A stretch of 64,000 nucleotides of DNA from positions 4,278,001 to 4,342,000 of the forward strand of contig CATNEN010000029.1 in NCBI GenBank assembly GCA_950097015.1, written 5' to 3'. A program made the position numbers and the translations under genes. The notes beneath the pieces are model-generated. The model worked only from the letters and a program-made list of their open reading frames with translations. It was not told where the DNA came from and searched no databases. Positions 62,501 to 64,000 of the stretch are shown here, piece after piece. The first letter of the stretch is position 1; the number at the start of each line of letters is the position of its first letter. The stretch comes from Macrostomum hystrix. Taxonomy: Eukaryota > Animalia > Platyhelminthes.

Positions 62501-64000
62501 TTCAATCCAGCTGTTATCAATCTTTGAAATACTTCTTTCAGATGACTGAGATGTTCTTCAAAAGTCTTAGAGTAAGTCACTATGTCATCAATGTAAGACA
62601 TGGCAAACTTATGCTGAATGCCAGTCAGGACTAGGTTCATCAGTCTTTGAAAAGTACCGGGCGCATTAGACAGTCCTTGCGCCATGACTTGATATTCAAA
62701 TTGGCCTCTCGTTAACGTAGAAAATGCTGTCATGTACTTGTGTTCCTCCTTTATGGGAACTTGCCAATAGCCCGAATTAAGGTCAAGGCTGCTGAAGTAC
62801 TGGCTTCCGGTTAGATGTGAGAATGTCTCCTGGATGTTCGGTAGAGGATATGGATAATAATTCACTCTTGAGTTTAGAACTCGAAAATCACTGACAATTC
62901 TGATGGTTCCATCCTTCTTAGGTACGATGACCAATGGTGTTGAATAAGTACTATAGCTTGGTCTTATCAAGTTCTTAGCGAGCATGTCGTCTAATTGATC
63001 ATCCACTTGTTTTTGCAAATGCGGCGGAATCCGTCTGGTAGGAATTCGAACCGGTGTGGTGTCTCTCAATGAGATTTCGTGGGTCACCAAGTGGGTCAGA
63101 CCCATTTCTTGACTGGTCTGAGAGAATGCTTCTCTGTGTTCTTTTACCAGCTCGATAACTTGGTCTTTCTGTTTATTAGTCAGATTTTCTCCTAGATTGA
63201 TCTCAGTGATCCAATCTTCTTGGCTTAATTGCTCGCATTTCGCAGTCTTCACATGTCCATTGGGTTTGACTTTTTCTGCTTGTTCTTGCTCGGCATAGTA
63301 AGTTAAATCTTTAGCTTGCAATGGTTTGGCAAATCCGATAATCGTAGATCTCGATAGCGTTATGTCGTCACTCTGCTTATTAATGACTTCAATGACTCCT
63401 ATTCCATTATTCATGGTTACTAGAGTCGGTATTACATCCAAAGTTCCTTTCTTAGTGTTGATCTGTCCTCTGATTGGTTCAATAGTCATTGGCGTGCCAT
63501 GATTGGCTTCGGCATTTTTCGGCAATTTAACAGAAATTCTAAGTGCACTATTAGCTGGCACAATTACTTTTTCAGAGCAATATACTCGACAAACACGAAC
63601 TGGCAATTTAGTAAATTGAATTGGAATGCACATATTACTTCTTAGTACAAGCATGCCTGTGGCAAAGTTAATATTATTGCAATAATCTTGGAAAAATTCC
63701 ATTCCTAGGATATCGTCACAGTCGTGATGGCACAAGAGAAATTCGGTCTCGATTTCAACTTCTCCAAATTTTACTTTAACAGTTACTTCTCCTGCAATCT
63801 TTACAGTTGCTCCATCAAACGTGGTCACTCTTCGATTGCTTGGCTCAATTTCATTGTCTTTAACCATCTTCTTCCAGGAGTTCTTTCCTAGGAAGTTATG
63901 TCCTGCACCAGTGTCTAGCAAAAATGTTACTTTCTGATTCCGAATCTCGCCTTTCACAACTGCTTCACGACCTTTCTTCTCTGCACTAGATTCAGTTTGT
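59578..64000 (-). CDS. pol: Gypsy pol polyprotein (protease, reverse transcriptase, RNase H, integrase), intact and open to the window edge
   Basis: LLDTGA protease; RT FSSLDLNSGYWQ...YIDD; RNase H LDVDASD...ELLALV...TDHKA; integrase H-H-C-C (LHDSPLAGH...CITC), LHIDF, HTDNG, NGLVERFN. More than 1459 aa with no stop. Confidence 0.97.
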   Translation of the reverse strand, partial: QTESSAEKKGREAVVKGEIRNQKVTFLLDTGAGHNFLGKNSWKKMVKDNEIEPSNRRVTTFDGATVKIAGEVTVKVKFGEVEIETEFLLCHHDCDDILGMEFFQDYCNNINFATGMLVLRSNMCIPIQFTKLPVRVCRVYCSEKVIVPANSALRISVKLPKNAEANHGTPMTIEPIRGQINTKKGTLDVIPTLVTMNNGIGVIEVINKQSDDITLSRSTIIGFAKPLQAKDLTYYAEQEQAEKVKPNGHVKTAKCEQLSQEDWITEINLGENLTNKQKDQVIELVKEHREAFSQTSQEMGLTHLVTHEISLRDTTPVRIPTRRIPPHLQKQVDDQLDDMLAKNLIRPSYSTYSTPLVIVPKKDGTIRIVSDFRVLNSRVNYYPYPLPNIQETFSHLTGSQYFSSLDLNSGYWQVPIKEEHKYMTAFSTLTRGQFEYQVMAQGLSNAPGTFQRLMNLVLTGIQHKFAMSYIDDIVTYSKTFEEHLSHLKEVFQRLITAGLKLRPKKCNLFQQELKYLGHVVGVDGIRTDPAKIEAIKTWPVPKDVKELRSFLGLCNYYCRFVKNYADAAHPLFQLTKKGVQNFKEKWTKVHTESFELLKQKLMSTEVLAYPEFSENEKVRMVLDVDASDNRIGACLGQIQSDGTERPIAYFSRAMKDSEKRYPITRKELLALVDGMKHFRFYLIGKRFLARTDHKAILWLLRQTEAQGILGRWIERLSEFQYDIEHRSGSKHSNADSLSRRPAETEITKPTQIDRKMDSELELKRSEPKVSLPDSQLGLIQPPEEIEETGTDVRNDRVIEKEMPAKQLTSRSSLKHQSCQTDLEILKEQKVQEDDKDDEDDDDVFEDARDYVEDEEIEEERCRKLLTDYLEVPLKKEQLVQAQQEDSSVRTLINWKKSAVEKPTGDKLSEELKKMLKYYEQMKFEDELLTIQEEGIRKIVLPKSIEGAVFRELHDSPLAGHLGRDKTTQRVRERFWRPGLVTAIEKYISECITCLESKAGQRIPAPVQNFPICEPFERLHIDFIGPVSKDSKRGHKYVLTIVDSTTRFPFAFPTRNQKSDTVIKILQERVFAEYGQCKWIHTDNGKSFTSRQFQAFCELYGIKHTCTTPYHAQSNGLVERFNGQVKSIVTCLINKDHSDWDLMIPAALVAVRTSINQSTGYSPHYLLFGREATLPIDNIVKRPHEFANYPSYVKDHAERLEKANKIVKQKLEKINEQRKEKAEAAKKPKEIIIGGIVLLNNPQLHQDESHKFHRKKRAAYRVLAQLSDTVYRVQREIEGERVGEKLIVHRNNITPVPNTQITLQSAEQTRKGGHKTSHTTRSKVKGGQATSNKNKQNVIVINEEEDESEEEDRIRWRANMPNEESEDEMYAEQEAIPDNESERQEEANESEQEETDSEMDKTEEMNMSDSEIEHEEERNVHTEGAHGYNLRPRNDRTEQLNRGELTPGRGVLRNTQPVTHGFVPRERYRRYLPQ

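Larger units (their letters stand above)
57578..64000 (-). mobile_element. Ty3/gypsy LTR retrotransposon, 3' portion (pol, extra ORF, PPT, 3' LTR); continues past the window end
   Basis: PR-RT-RNaseH-IN domain order, an extra sense ORF, and a purine tract followed by TG. Confidence 0.92.

Overview
Eukaryotic, intron-containing genomic DNA, inferred to be a flatworm because it carries an EF-hand plus dynein-light-chain (TAL) gene. The GC-rich exons, AT-rich introns and dense minisatellites suggest Macrostomum; this is not proven. Six conserved genes lie on the minus strand: an R7-family RGS, Wntless, ATP synthase beta, RSRC2, a DDX43-like helicase and a classical dynamin (14 exons traced by hand). 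The TAL gene is on the plus strand. About 15 minisatellite arrays, tRNA-derived SINE copies, a frameshifted Tc1 (DD34E), a mariner relic and several elements with 8-bp target-site duplications (TSDs) fill the rest. The window ends inside an intact Ty3/gypsy pol ORF. Most notable: (1) an extra ORF between pol and the 3' LTR whose C-terminal ~70 aa align by eye with the histone H4 fold; (2) two paralogous H/ACA snoRNAs in an ATP synthase beta intron, with a readable 28S rRNA target; (3) DDX43 and RSRC2 frames that begin exactly at phase-0 splice acceptors with no ATG, as expected if the AUG-terminated flatworm spliced leader supplies the start codon; (4) a DDX43 whose N-terminus is a long FGG/RGG repeat with no KH domain seen; (5) a CCATAGTC-ended DNA transposon family with an intron-containing transposase relic; (6) an unusual Q/A-rich dynamin tail. 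All homology calls were made by eye, and no searches were run.
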